Source: Opitutales bacterium
GTDB taxonomy: Bacteria > Verrucomicrobiota > Verrucomicrobiia > Opitutales > PNEW01
Length of the DNA: 32,000 bases
Assembly (NCBI GenBank): GCA_965219535.1
Contig: CBDCNV010000001.1
Location: forward strand, 960,001 to 992,000
Reading direction: 5' to 3'
Positions 24,514-32,000 of this stretch are shown one piece after another (within the stretch, counting starts at the first letter, position 1; each line of letters opens with the position of its first letter). Made by a program: the position numbers and the translations under genes. The notes under the pieces were generated by a model. The model was not told the origin of the DNA and made no database searches. It was given only the letters and a program-made list of their open reading frames with translations.

Positions 24514-25356
24514 CTAAGAGATTTTATTATTTACTCCGTAAAAATTTGCGGCATTCATCCCTAGAATTTTTTCTTGTACTTGTGCCGGATACTGCTGGAT
24601 ATAATCCCAGACTATAGAGTGAACTTGACTGTAGCTAGCCGAGAGAGTGGATACCGGCCAGTCAGAACCAAACATCAGTCTATCCGGACCAAAACAGTCA
24701 AAGACAATGTCCAGATAAGGTTTAAAATACGCAGCCTTCCATTGTTTCCAAGAGGCTTCCGTCACCATTCCTGATACTTTGCAATAAACATTTTCTAATT
24801 TCGCAAGTTCTCTAATATCCACGTCCCAGGGAGCGATGGTTCCGTCTTTGATCAGGGGTTTTGCAATATGATCGAGAACGAATTTCTGCTCTGGAAATTG
24901 TTTTACCGCATCCACTGCATAGGTCAGATGATTGGGATAGAGGAGTAAATCATAGGTTAAATCAAAGGCCTGCAGTGAGCCAAGACCACGAAGAAAATCG
25001 GGATTTAGGATATAGCGTTCATCTGGCTCATCATGAATCAAATGGCGGACCCCTTTCAATTTTGGGTGCTGAGAGAGTGCTTCAAGCGTATCTTTGACCT
25101 CGGGAGACATTAAATCAACCCAACCGACAACCCCCTTAATAAAGTCATTGGAATCGGAAAGTTCCAGCAGCCATTCTGTCTCCTCCAGTTTTTGTCGGGC
25201 CTGAACCGCAATGGTCCCATTAATTCCGGTTTGACCGATCAGAAGCTTAAGGTCATCGGGAAGAAAATCGCTTTGCAGGTCTGACATGGAGTCGGTCATC
25301 CAATCATACTCCGTTTGATTGTATTTCCAAAAATGCTGGTGAGAATCAATATGCAT
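24514..25356 (-). CDS. Amidohydrolase_2 family metal-dependent hydrolase (L-fuconolactonase / LigI-like lactonase type)
   Basis: The N-terminus MHIDSHQHFWKY is the classic amidohydrolase_2 start, followed by ...VLDHIAKP and FGSDWPV. I prefer the ATG at 25356, which has a GGAGAG RBS 6 nt upstream, over the ORF-track start at 25392. Confidence 0.75.
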   Translation of the reverse strand: MHIDSHQHFWKYNQTEYDWMTDSMSDLQSDFLPDDLKLLIGQTGINGTIAVQARQKLEETEWLLELSDSNDFIKGVVGWVDLMSPEVKDTLEALSQHPKLKGVRHLIHDEPDERYILNPDFLRGLGSLQAFDLTYDLLLYPNHLTYAVDAVKQFPEQKFVLDHIAKPLIKDGTIAPWDVDIRELAKLENVYCKVSGMVTEASWKQWKAAYFKPYLDIVFDCFGPDRLMFGSDWPVSTLSASYSQVHSIVWDYIQQYPAQVQEKILGMNAANFYGVNNKIS

Positions 25357-25472
25357 AAATGTCTCTCCTATATCATCAATGGATATTATCAAGCATCAAC
25401 ACCTTTCCGATGTTGGGAGTCTGCTATCAGCCAGTTGGGCACTATAGTTTTCAGGTGCGAAACAGCGGTAGA

Positions 25473-25557
25473 TGGTGCCCGGGAAAGGACTCGAACCTTC
25501 ACGCCTTGCGGCACTAGAACCTAAATCTAGCGTGTCTGCCAATTCCACCACCCGGGC
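25473..25557 (-). tRNA. tRNA-Leu (anticodon UAG), class II with long variable arm, CCA encoded
   Basis: The minus strand reads GCCCGGG-UG-GUG-GAAUUGGCAGA-CAC-G-CUAGA-UUUAGGU-UCUAG-UGCCGCAAGGCGUG-GAAGG-UUCGAGU-CCUUU-CCCGGGC-ACCA. The full cloverleaf was folded by hand. The anticodon loop is UU-UAG-GU. Confidence 0.9.
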
Positions 25558-25948
25558 ACGATTTATAAAGTAGCGGAGATAATTTAAACATAAGCACTAT
25601 TGCGAACTAAACGTATGTAGACAATCGAAAAAATAAGAGGACAATTTATCCCTTGTGAATGAAAACTGGAGCAGTGAAATCTGGAAGTTAACGCCTTAAA
25701 TACTTCAATTTTTCTTTAATGAGGAACCGCCCTGGAATAAAATTGTCTTGGGCAGTGTATTTACATTTATCAGACGAAGGGAGAGGGGGTGCATTGAAGG
25801 ATATCTGAACTGTGTATAATGAAATTGTTATATTGACATATTATAGAAAGCTTTTGTTATATTAAGCTACTTACTACTTAAAATATAAGTTCTTCTTCTT
25901 TAATAAAATACAACGCGTATTTAACTTTAAAATTTTTAGAATAATCAC

Positions 25949-26914
25949 ATGAGTAATCTAAATAATGACATTTTACAGACGATCGGAAATACCCCGATCA
26001 TAAAGCTCAACCAGATTGCGGAAGGATTGCCCGCAAACCTTTATCTGAAATGCGAGTTTTTTAACCCCTTATTCAGCGTTAAGGATCGTATTGGTATGGC
26101 GATGATCGAAACGGCTGAAAAAGATGGTTCTCTCAAACCAGGCAGCTTGGTGATTGAACCCACTTCGGGAAACACCGGTATTTCGTTAGCTTTTGTCTGC
26201 GCAGCCAAAGGGTATAAATGTCTTCTTACAATGCCTGAAACGATGTCTGTCGAGCGTCGGGTATTACTGCGTATGCTGGGCGCGGATATCGTGCTGACGC
26301 CAGGACCTAAAGGGATGTCTGGGGCCATCGCAAAAGCGGGAGAGCTTTTGGATGAGCATGGGGACGGCGCCTTTATGCCTCAACAATTTAACAATCCAGC
26401 AAATCCTGAAGTTCACCGTCGGACCACGGCCGAGGAAATTTGGGATGCGACTGAAGGTAAAATCGATGTGCTCGTTTCCGGTATCGGAACGGGTGGCACT
26501 ATCACTGGAGTATCTGAAGTCATCAAATCACGTAAACAATTGACCACGATTGCAGTTGAGCCAAAAGACAGCCCTATCCTCTCGGGGGGTAAACCTGGAC
26601 CGCATAAAATCCAGGGTATTGGCGCGGGTTTTGTCCCAAATGTTCTCAATGTCGATATTATTGATGACATTGTCCAAGTGAGTAATGACGATGCTTTTGA
26701 AATAGCGCGCAATGTAGCAATAACCGATGGAATACCAGCGGGTATATCTACTGGTGCAGCAATAAGTGCTGGTATTGAAGTTGCAAAGCGTCCGGGAATG
26801 GAGGATAAAATGATTGTCATTATCGGACCCAGCCCAACAGAGCGTTATCTCAGCACACCACTCGCGGAAAAGGCGCGAGAAGAGTCAGCCGCGTTGACAG
26901 CGGTGGAGATGTGA
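25949..26914 (+). CDS. cysK: Cysteine synthase A (O-acetylserine sulfhydrylase)
   Basis: Motifs present are IGNTPIIKL, the PLP-lysine motif NPLFSVKDRIG, the PTSGNTGISLA loop and GIGTGGTITG. The length is 321 aa. Confidence 0.85.
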   Translation: MSNLNNDILQTIGNTPIIKLNQIAEGLPANLYLKCEFFNPLFSVKDRIGMAMIETAEKDGSLKPGSLVIEPTSGNTGISLAFVCAAKGYKCLLTMPETMSVERRVLLRMLGADIVLTPGPKGMSGAIAKAGELLDEHGDGAFMPQQFNNPANPEVHRRTTAEEIWDATEGKIDVLVSGIGTGGTITGVSEVIKSRKQLTTIAVEPKDSPILSGGKPGPHKIQGIGAGFVPNVLNVDIIDDIVQVSNDDAFEIARNVAITDGIPAGISTGAAISAGIEVAKRPGMEDKMIVIIGPSPTERYLSTPLAEKAREESAALTAVEM

Positions 26915-26986
26915 TCATAATACTTTAGGGCAAAAATTATTCAGCGTGGTTTTTGCCCGATAAAACAGGTAGTAGTAGTAATAAAG

Positions 26987-27019
26987 AGCCGCCAACTTCG
27001 GTTGGCGGCTTCTTTTTTT
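26987..27019 (+). terminator. Rho-independent terminator of cysK
   Basis: A perfect 10-bp GC-rich stem, AGCCGCCAAC-TTCG-GTTGGCGGCT, is followed by TCTTTTTTT. Confidence 0.85.
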
Positions 27020-27092
27020 ATACTTTTTACACGCTTCCCTTTGAGGAATATTCTGGTCTGTGCTTAGATAATTCGGATAACCTATTGCTTTG

Positions 27093-27986
27093 ATGAATAT
27101 TTTGCTTACGGGCGCTACGGGTTTGATTGGAAGTGCACTTTTTCGTCATTTTCAATCGTATGGTCACCAGGTATACCCATTGACTCGGTACCCAAAGGGG
27201 GATCATGACATAGGTTGGGACCCTGATTCGGGTCAGCTTAATTTAACTCACCTCGAGGACTTGGACGCTGTTGTTCACCTGGCCGGTGAAAGTATTACCG
27301 GTGGGCTTTGGACCCTAAAGCGTAAAAATAAGATTTTTAATAGTCGCGTAGAAGGTACTCGGCTTTTATGCAATAAATTAAATGAACTCGATCGTCCTCC
27401 CCGGGTTCTCCTAAGTGCGTCGGGTATTCATTACTATCCGTTCATGGGTGGAGGAGAGTTTGATGAATTGGGACCGGAAGGTGAGGGATTCCTTTACGAA
27501 GTTTGTAAAAGCTGGGAAAAGATGACTGAACTTGCCGGAGAGAAAGGCATGCGGGTTGTCAATTTACGTTTTAGTGTAGTATTGAGCCCAAAGGGAGGGG
27601 CCTTAGCGCTCATGCTACCGGCCTTTAAATATGGGTTAGGCGGTCGCCTTGGTCGGGGTCAACAGTATATGAGTTGGATAGCTATTGATGATGTCGTCGA
27701 CATTATTGATCATTGTTTACTCAATGACCAATTAACAGGTCCGGTCAATGTTTGCGCACCTGAATCTGTCACGAATACGGATTTCACACGAATTTTAGGT
27801 GAGGTTTTGCGGCGTCCTACCATTTTACCGCTGCCAGAAATAGTCGTGAAATCATTGTTTGGTCAAATGGGTAGAGAAACAATGTTGGCTGACTTTCGCA
27901 TTGTCCCGCGAAAACTATTAGAGGGAAACTACACTTTTAAATACCCCTCGCTTCAATCTGCATTATCACATTTACTGGACCGTTGA
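27093..27986 (+). CDS. TIGR01777-family (YfcH-like) SDR epimerase/dehydratase with DUF1731 C-terminus
   Basis: The N-terminus MNILLTGATGLIGSAL carries the NAD-binding motif. Further cues are VVHLAGESI, LGGRLGRGQQYMSWIAIDD and the C-terminal F+YP motif. I prefer the ATG at 27093 over the TTG at 27090. Confidence 0.8.
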   Translation: MNILLTGATGLIGSALFRHFQSYGHQVYPLTRYPKGDHDIGWDPDSGQLNLTHLEDLDAVVHLAGESITGGLWTLKRKNKIFNSRVEGTRLLCNKLNELDRPPRVLLSASGIHYYPFMGGGEFDELGPEGEGFLYEVCKSWEKMTELAGEKGMRVVNLRFSVVLSPKGGALALMLPAFKYGLGGRLGRGQQYMSWIAIDDVVDIIDHCLLNDQLTGPVNVCAPESVTNTDFTRILGEVLRRPTILPLPEIVVKSLFGQMGRETMLADFRIVPRKLLEGNYTFKYPSLQSALSHLLDR

Positions 27987-28084
27987 GTGAGCTATCCCCC
28001 TTTGCTAATAAGCTTGCGCAGGTTTATCGTAAATAAGTTATTGACTAAACATTTATCGAAACGTCCGATGATTTTTACCTGAGA

Positions 28085-28540
28085 ATGAGAGTAGTTGTAC
28101 AGCGAGTATCTCAAGCTTCTGTCTCAATTAACGGAAAGGTAAAATCAACGATCGGTGTCGGTTTATTGATCTTTGTCGGCATCATGAATGATGACGGGAC
28201 AGAGGACATAGACTGGTTGAGCAGGAAGATTCCACAAATCCGCATTTTCCCTGATAATGATGGATTAATGAATCAGTCGGTGGTCGACGTTAATGGGGAG
28301 ATCCTCTTGATAAGCCAATTTACACTTTATGGAAATTTAATTAAAGGCTCGCGCCCCTCCTTTAATCGATCCGCTCCACCCGACATAGCAGTGCCGCTTT
28401 ATGAAGCGTTTATCCGTGCGCTCTCCGACAACTGTGAAAAACCTGTCGCAACCGGAGAATTTGGCGCAATGATGAAAATTGACGCGCTGAATGATGGTCC
28501 GGTTACACTAATCATCGATAGTAGAGAGAAAAAATTCTAG
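28085..28540 (+). CDS. dtd: D-aminoacyl-tRNA deacylase
   Basis: It is collinear with E. coli Dtd: MRVVVQRV, GLLIFVGI, ISQFTLYGN..KG.RPSF, GEFGAMM and NDGPVT. Confidence 0.9.
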   Translation: MRVVVQRVSQASVSINGKVKSTIGVGLLIFVGIMNDDGTEDIDWLSRKIPQIRIFPDNDGLMNQSVVDVNGEILLISQFTLYGNLIKGSRPSFNRSAPPDIAVPLYEAFIRALSDNCEKPVATGEFGAMMKIDALNDGPVTLIIDSREKKF

Positions 28541-28555
28541 CGAAGCTGATTCATC

Positions 28556-29095
28556 ATGTTAAAGACAGCTAGTCCCGTGCTGGACGCCCAGTTTTTTAAT
28601 CGTCCAACGCTTAAAGTGGCGCGCGACCTACCCGGTAAATACCTATGCCGCCGAATTAATGGGAAGATATTATCCCAGCCATTAGTCGAAGTTGAAGCCT
28701 ATGACGGATTTGATGATAAAGCTTCACATGCTCATCGCGGACTGACACCGCGCAATGCAGTAATGTTTGGTCCCGCGGGCTATTGGTACGTCTATCTATG
28801 CTACGGTATGCATTGGATGCTGAATATTGTCACGGGTCCTAGAGAATATCCCGCGGCCATCTTAGTACGGGGTGCGGGTGAATACTCTGGTCCGGGGCGA
28901 TTAACAAAAGCATTGCAGATTAATAAAACATTCAATGGCAAACAAGTCACCCGTGCCAATGGTCTCTGGCTGGAGGATCGGGGAGTGGCTGTATTGGCAA
29001 AGGAGGTAATGCGATTGCCGCGCGTTGGGATCGGCTATGCGGGACCAGTCTGGACAAAAAAACTTTATCGATTCGTTTGGAATGCGAGCGCATGA
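28556..29095 (+). CDS. DNA-3-methyladenine glycosylase (AAG/MPG family)
   Basis: Family cues are FFNRPTLKVARDLPGKYL, EVEAYDGFDDKASHAHRG.TPRN..MFGPAGYWYVYLCYGMHWMLN and AILVRG. Confidence 0.85.
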   Translation: MLKTASPVLDAQFFNRPTLKVARDLPGKYLCRRINGKILSQPLVEVEAYDGFDDKASHAHRGLTPRNAVMFGPAGYWYVYLCYGMHWMLNIVTGPREYPAAILVRGAGEYSGPGRLTKALQINKTFNGKQVTRANGLWLEDRGVAVLAKEVMRLPRVGIGYAGPVWTKKLYRFVWNASA

Positions 29096-29142
29096 AGTAA
29101 TAAATTTATTGTTATAATCACTAAAAAAGATATATTTCGCTT

Positions 29143-30081
29143 ATGGTTTCTCACTTATCACCTCAACTTTATAGTAGTGGTCATCAATTAGACACTTCGC
29201 CGGATTCTTTTGGGGACTTATGCTCCTCAATAGATATTAAAGACGATAAGTATGCGCTTCACGCCCGAATAAAAAGAGATGGTTACCTGTATTTACCGGG
29301 TTTCTGGCCGCGTGAAGAGGTATTAAAACGGCGAATTATGATTACGGATCAATTGGCGAAAAAAGGGTTTTTGAATTTGGATTACCTGATAATAGAAGCG
29401 GTAGCGAAAGAGAATGTAGAGCTTAAATCTTTCAGTTCCCATTTTAAGAATAAAGATAGACGGGATAGCATGTTTCTTGAAATGAGTCACTTGCTGTTTT
29501 CAGGTAAAATTATGAATTTCCTTGAATCGTATCTTGGAGGAGAAGTTCAAGCTTATGAGTACACTTGGTTTCTTGTACATAAACGGGGCACGGGAACTAA
29601 ACCACACTGTGATATCGTCTTTTTTAACCGGGGGACACACAATATCTTCAGTGCTTGGGTTCCCTACGGTGATATCGATCAGGAGTTGGGCGGACTGATG
29701 ATTCTCGAGAACTCTCATAATAAACGACACCGCTTAAAAAATTACCTGGCACGCGATTCGGATACATACTGTAGAAACAGAAAAGGTGCTGAACAATACG
29801 CGTCACAGGAGACTAAAGTTTGGAGTGGCATGCTTACTAACAACCCGGTGACGTTGCGAGAAAAGTTGGGGGGTAGATGGCTTAGAGCAAATTATCGTAT
29901 GGGTGATCTGTTGCTCTTCCCCCCCTATACCGTTCATTGCAGTCTAGATAATAAATCAGATCGCCTTCGTATCTCCACGGATACGCGCTACCAATTGGCT
30001 TCTGACCCTTATGACGAGCGCTGGATAGGAACCAACCCAGTGGGCCATGGAGCGGGTGGCAAGCGGGGATTAATATGCTGA
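29143..30081 (+). CDS. Phytanoyl-CoA dioxygenase (PhyH) family Fe(II)/2OG oxygenase, second paralogue
   Basis: It has the HxD facial-triad motif KPHCDIVFF, the distal His in YTVHCSLDN, and RISTDTRY (a 2OG-binding Arg region). Confidence 0.65.
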   Translation: MVSHLSPQLYSSGHQLDTSPDSFGDLCSSIDIKDDKYALHARIKRDGYLYLPGFWPREEVLKRRIMITDQLAKKGFLNLDYLIIEAVAKENVELKSFSSHFKNKDRRDSMFLEMSHLLFSGKIMNFLESYLGGEVQAYEYTWFLVHKRGTGTKPHCDIVFFNRGTHNIFSAWVPYGDIDQELGGLMILENSHNKRHRLKNYLARDSDTYCRNRKGAEQYASQETKVWSGMLTNNPVTLREKLGGRWLRANYRMGDLLLFPPYTVHCSLDNKSDRLRISTDTRYQLASDPYDERWIGTNPVGHGAGGKRGLIC

Positions 30082-30111
30082 TATTCAGTTTAAGTTTTAT
30101 CGTCGGTATAC

Positions 30112-31395
30112 TTGAGTTCAATTAAGTTGAACAACTATCTTATATTACTATCTCTCGCGTATTTTTGTCGGCTGGCACTCGATGTTTACGGGGAGCGATT
30201 GACATCACTGGGGCAAACTCCGGACTGGTCTCAATTGGAGGGGTATCAGGAAACTATTACCGGAGTCAGATTTAAACGTCTGCTCGATGAAGTCTATGCA
30301 CCCGACAAAGCCTATGCCGATACGATTACACTCAATAATAATCACGCACGTATAAATACCCGTAATGGTGATCCCAATTCTATTTTTCTGCTTCGCTTTG
30401 CCAGCGATGAAAGTTCTCTACGTGTAGGTCCAGCTAACTACTGGCGCCGGCGGACTTCATTACCAAAAGCATCCGAGGAAAAACCACTCGATAATTTAAA
30501 GATCGTCCTTGATCCAGGGCATATCGGCGGCGAATTTGCCATTATGGAGAATCGCTCCTTTAAAATTGGTGAGAGTAAACCAGTACGAGAGGGCGATCTT
30601 ACATTAATCATCGCGAAAAGATTAAAAGTCAGGCTGGAAGAACTGGGAGCAAAAGTTTGGTTAAGCCGAGAGACAACCGCGCCCACGACGGAAGAGACGC
30701 CTTCAAGTTTAAAAATAATTGCCGAGAGACTTCTCCTGGAAAAGGGGGACAACCCATCTATGCTTTTAACGCTTAATAAAATAGACGCAAAAGAAGTACA
30801 GCGTTTAAGCGAGTTGCTTTTTTATCGCGTGAGTGAAATACGTACCCGCGCCAATCGTATCAATGATCATTTTCAACCGGATATCGTCATTGCCCTTCAT
30901 TTCAATGCTGCTCCCTGGCCGGATAAAGATAAAAAGACACTCGTGGATATAAACCACCTGCATGTTCTGATTAATGGCGCATACAGTACGGATGAATTAA
31001 CCTATGATGATATTCGGTTTCAAATGTTAAATAAGCTGCTTAGTGGAGCGGCAAAAGAGGAAATGGCTTTAGCACGCGTTATCATTTTGGCAATGGCTGA
31101 TAAAACAACACTCCCCGCGTATCGCTATCCGGGGAGAAACGCGGTGAGGGTTGACGATAATCCCTATGTTTGGGCCCGCAACCTGATTGCCAATCGGCTT
31201 TACCAATGTCCTGTTATTTTTCTTGAACCTTATGTGATGAATAGCAGGGAAGTATTCACACGCATTCAAGTGGGTGATTATGAAGGAGAGCGTTTCGTTG
31301 CCGGATCTAAAAGAATTAGTATTTTTCAAGAATACATCGAAGGGGTAATTACCGGCATGCTAAAGTATTACACCAAACGAGATGATCCCGATTGA
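30112..31395 (+). CDS. N-acetylmuramoyl-L-alanine amidase-like protein (Amidase_3 / MurNAc-LAA fold) with a long N-terminal extension
   Basis: Cues are IVLDPGHIGGE, EGDLTLIIAKRLKVRLEELGAKVWLSRE and IVIALHFNA. The start codon is TTG, and the N-terminal hydrophobic segment is LILLSLAYFCRLAL. Confidence 0.65.
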   Translation: MSSIKLNNYLILLSLAYFCRLALDVYGERLTSLGQTPDWSQLEGYQETITGVRFKRLLDEVYAPDKAYADTITLNNNHARINTRNGDPNSIFLLRFASDESSLRVGPANYWRRRTSLPKASEEKPLDNLKIVLDPGHIGGEFAIMENRSFKIGESKPVREGDLTLIIAKRLKVRLEELGAKVWLSRETTAPTTEETPSSLKIIAERLLLEKGDNPSMLLTLNKIDAKEVQRLSELLFYRVSEIRTRANRINDHFQPDIVIALHFNAAPWPDKDKKTLVDINHLHVLINGAYSTDELTYDDIRFQMLNKLLSGAAKEEMALARVIILAMADKTTLPAYRYPGRNAVRVDDNPYVWARNLIANRLYQCPVIFLEPYVMNSREVFTRIQVGDYEGERFVAGSKRISIFQEYIEGVITGMLKYYTKRDDPD

Positions 31396-31421
31396 TGAAT
31401 AACGCTGTGTGGAGCAGAGCG

Positions 31422-32000
31422 TTAAGCGACCAGAATCAGGAAGAGTAATGCCAGACCTATTCGATAGTAAGCGAAAAGGCTCAACCCGTGTTTTGTCAGG
31501 TAATTGACGAGCCATTTAACCGCAATCGCCGCAGAGACAGCCGCGACGACACAACCGAATAAAATCGGAGCCCACCCAAAAGCTTCAAAGAGTAGGGGTC
31601 CGTTTCTAACTCCTTTGTAAAGTGCGGCCACAGTTAAGGTGGGCAGACCGAGGAGAAAACTGAACTCTGCCGCACGCCGCGGGCTCAGGCCGACACAATA
31701 GCCACCGACGATAGTCATCATGGATCGACTTGTTCCCGGCCACATCGCTACACATTGCATTAAACCGATAAGTAAAGCATTGCCCGGAGTTAACTCGTGA
31801 AGATCAGGTCCACCATCGTAATTGGGGTAATGTTTATTGCGCCAATATTCTACACCAAGCATGAGCACGGCACCGGCGATGAGCGCACAGATAACGGGCC
31901 AGTGATTAAAAAGATAGTTATCAATCCATTTTTCCAGAGCTAGTCCAATAATTGCTGCGGGGATAAATGCTATGAGCAGGTTTCGGCCGAGGTATAATCC
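31422..32000 (-). CDS. uppP: Undecaprenyl-diphosphate phosphatase (UppP/BacA); N-terminus outside the window
   Basis: Motifs present are PGTSRSMMTIVGG and GLSPRRAAEFSFLLGLPT. The frame stays open to position 32000, where in-frame translation gives GLYLGRNLLIAFIPAAIIGLALEKWIDNYLF.... Confidence 0.85.
   Translation of the reverse strand, partial: GLYLGRNLLIAFIPAAIIGLALEKWIDNYLFNHWPVICALIAGAVLMLGVEYWRNKHYPNYDGGPDLHELTPGNALLIGLMQCVAMWPGTSRSMMTIVGGYCVGLSPRRAAEFSFLLGLPTLTVAALYKGVRNGPLLFEAFGWAPILFGCVVAAVSAAIAVKWLVNYLTKHGLSLFAYYRIGLALLFLILVA

Noticed and set aside
25315-25524. 69-aa + strand ORF spanning the amidohydrolase start and the tRNA
   Set aside because: It runs antisense through tRNA-Leu and the amidohydrolase N-terminus, so it is spurious.
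19260-25557. Genomic island integrated at tRNA-Leu (tRNA 3' end faces the amidohydrolase, TPR, MDR and histone region)
   Set aside because: I saw no integrase, recombinase or transposase gene and no direct repeat of the tRNA 3' end. The gene content is metabolic or structural. The AT-rich 19972-20724 tract alone is insufficient evidence.
26041-26820. 95-aa and 135-aa minus-strand ORFs inside cysK
   Set aside because: They are antisense to a clearly conserved cysK frame and are a typical long shadow ORF. They have no RBS and no motifs.

Overview
This is a densely coding stretch of a moderately AT-rich bacterial chromosome, with about 30 genes. I found no transposase, integrase, CRISPR array, prophage genes or recognisable defence system. 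Taxon cannot be fixed from the window; the two PhyH dioxygenases, the exported KLC-type TPR protein and the bacterial-type histone are reminiscent of PVC or Bdellovibrionota-like marine bacteria.

Gene content from left to right:
- A 5'-truncated OGG-type DNA glycosylase.
- A cobalamin uptake and salvage locus. It holds a BtuF-like binding protein, an ABC ATPase and a FecCD permease on the + strand. These converge on a BtuB-like TonB-dependent receptor that is preceded by a clear cobalamin riboswitch with an intrinsic terminator, and a PduO-type adenosyltransferase lies upstream.
- A class IV aminotransferase.
- An MbfA-like ferritin-domain/VIT1 iron exporter.
- A small phasin-like protein with a Lys/Ala-rich histone-H1-like tail.
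- A GlnE homologue present as two adjacent ORFs, with a tandem ACT-like insert.
- A PhyH dioxygenase / enolase-superfamily / RraA-like aldolase cluster, followed by an exported cyclase-family hydrolase.
- A divergent Nramp-like transporter bracketed by 30-nt purine-rich repeats.
- A cupin.
- A 65-aa histone-fold gene (bacterial histone) preceded by about 750 bp of ORF-free AT-rich DNA.
- An MDR dehydrogenase.
- An exported 861-aa protein made of 19 tandem 42-residue TPR units.
- An amidohydrolase_2 lactonase-like gene.
- tRNA-Leu(UAG), cysK with a strong terminator, a TIGR01777 epimerase, dtd, a 3-methyladenine glycosylase, a second PhyH dioxygenase and an Amidase_3-like protein.
- A 5'-truncated uppP.

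The observations most worth a second look are the bacterial histone and its unusual upstream region, the split ACT-containing GlnE, the repeat-bracketed non-canonical Nramp homologue, and the uncharacterised PhyH-enolase-RraA module.

All functional calls rest on motif and family recognition by eye from the supplied translations. No database search was run.
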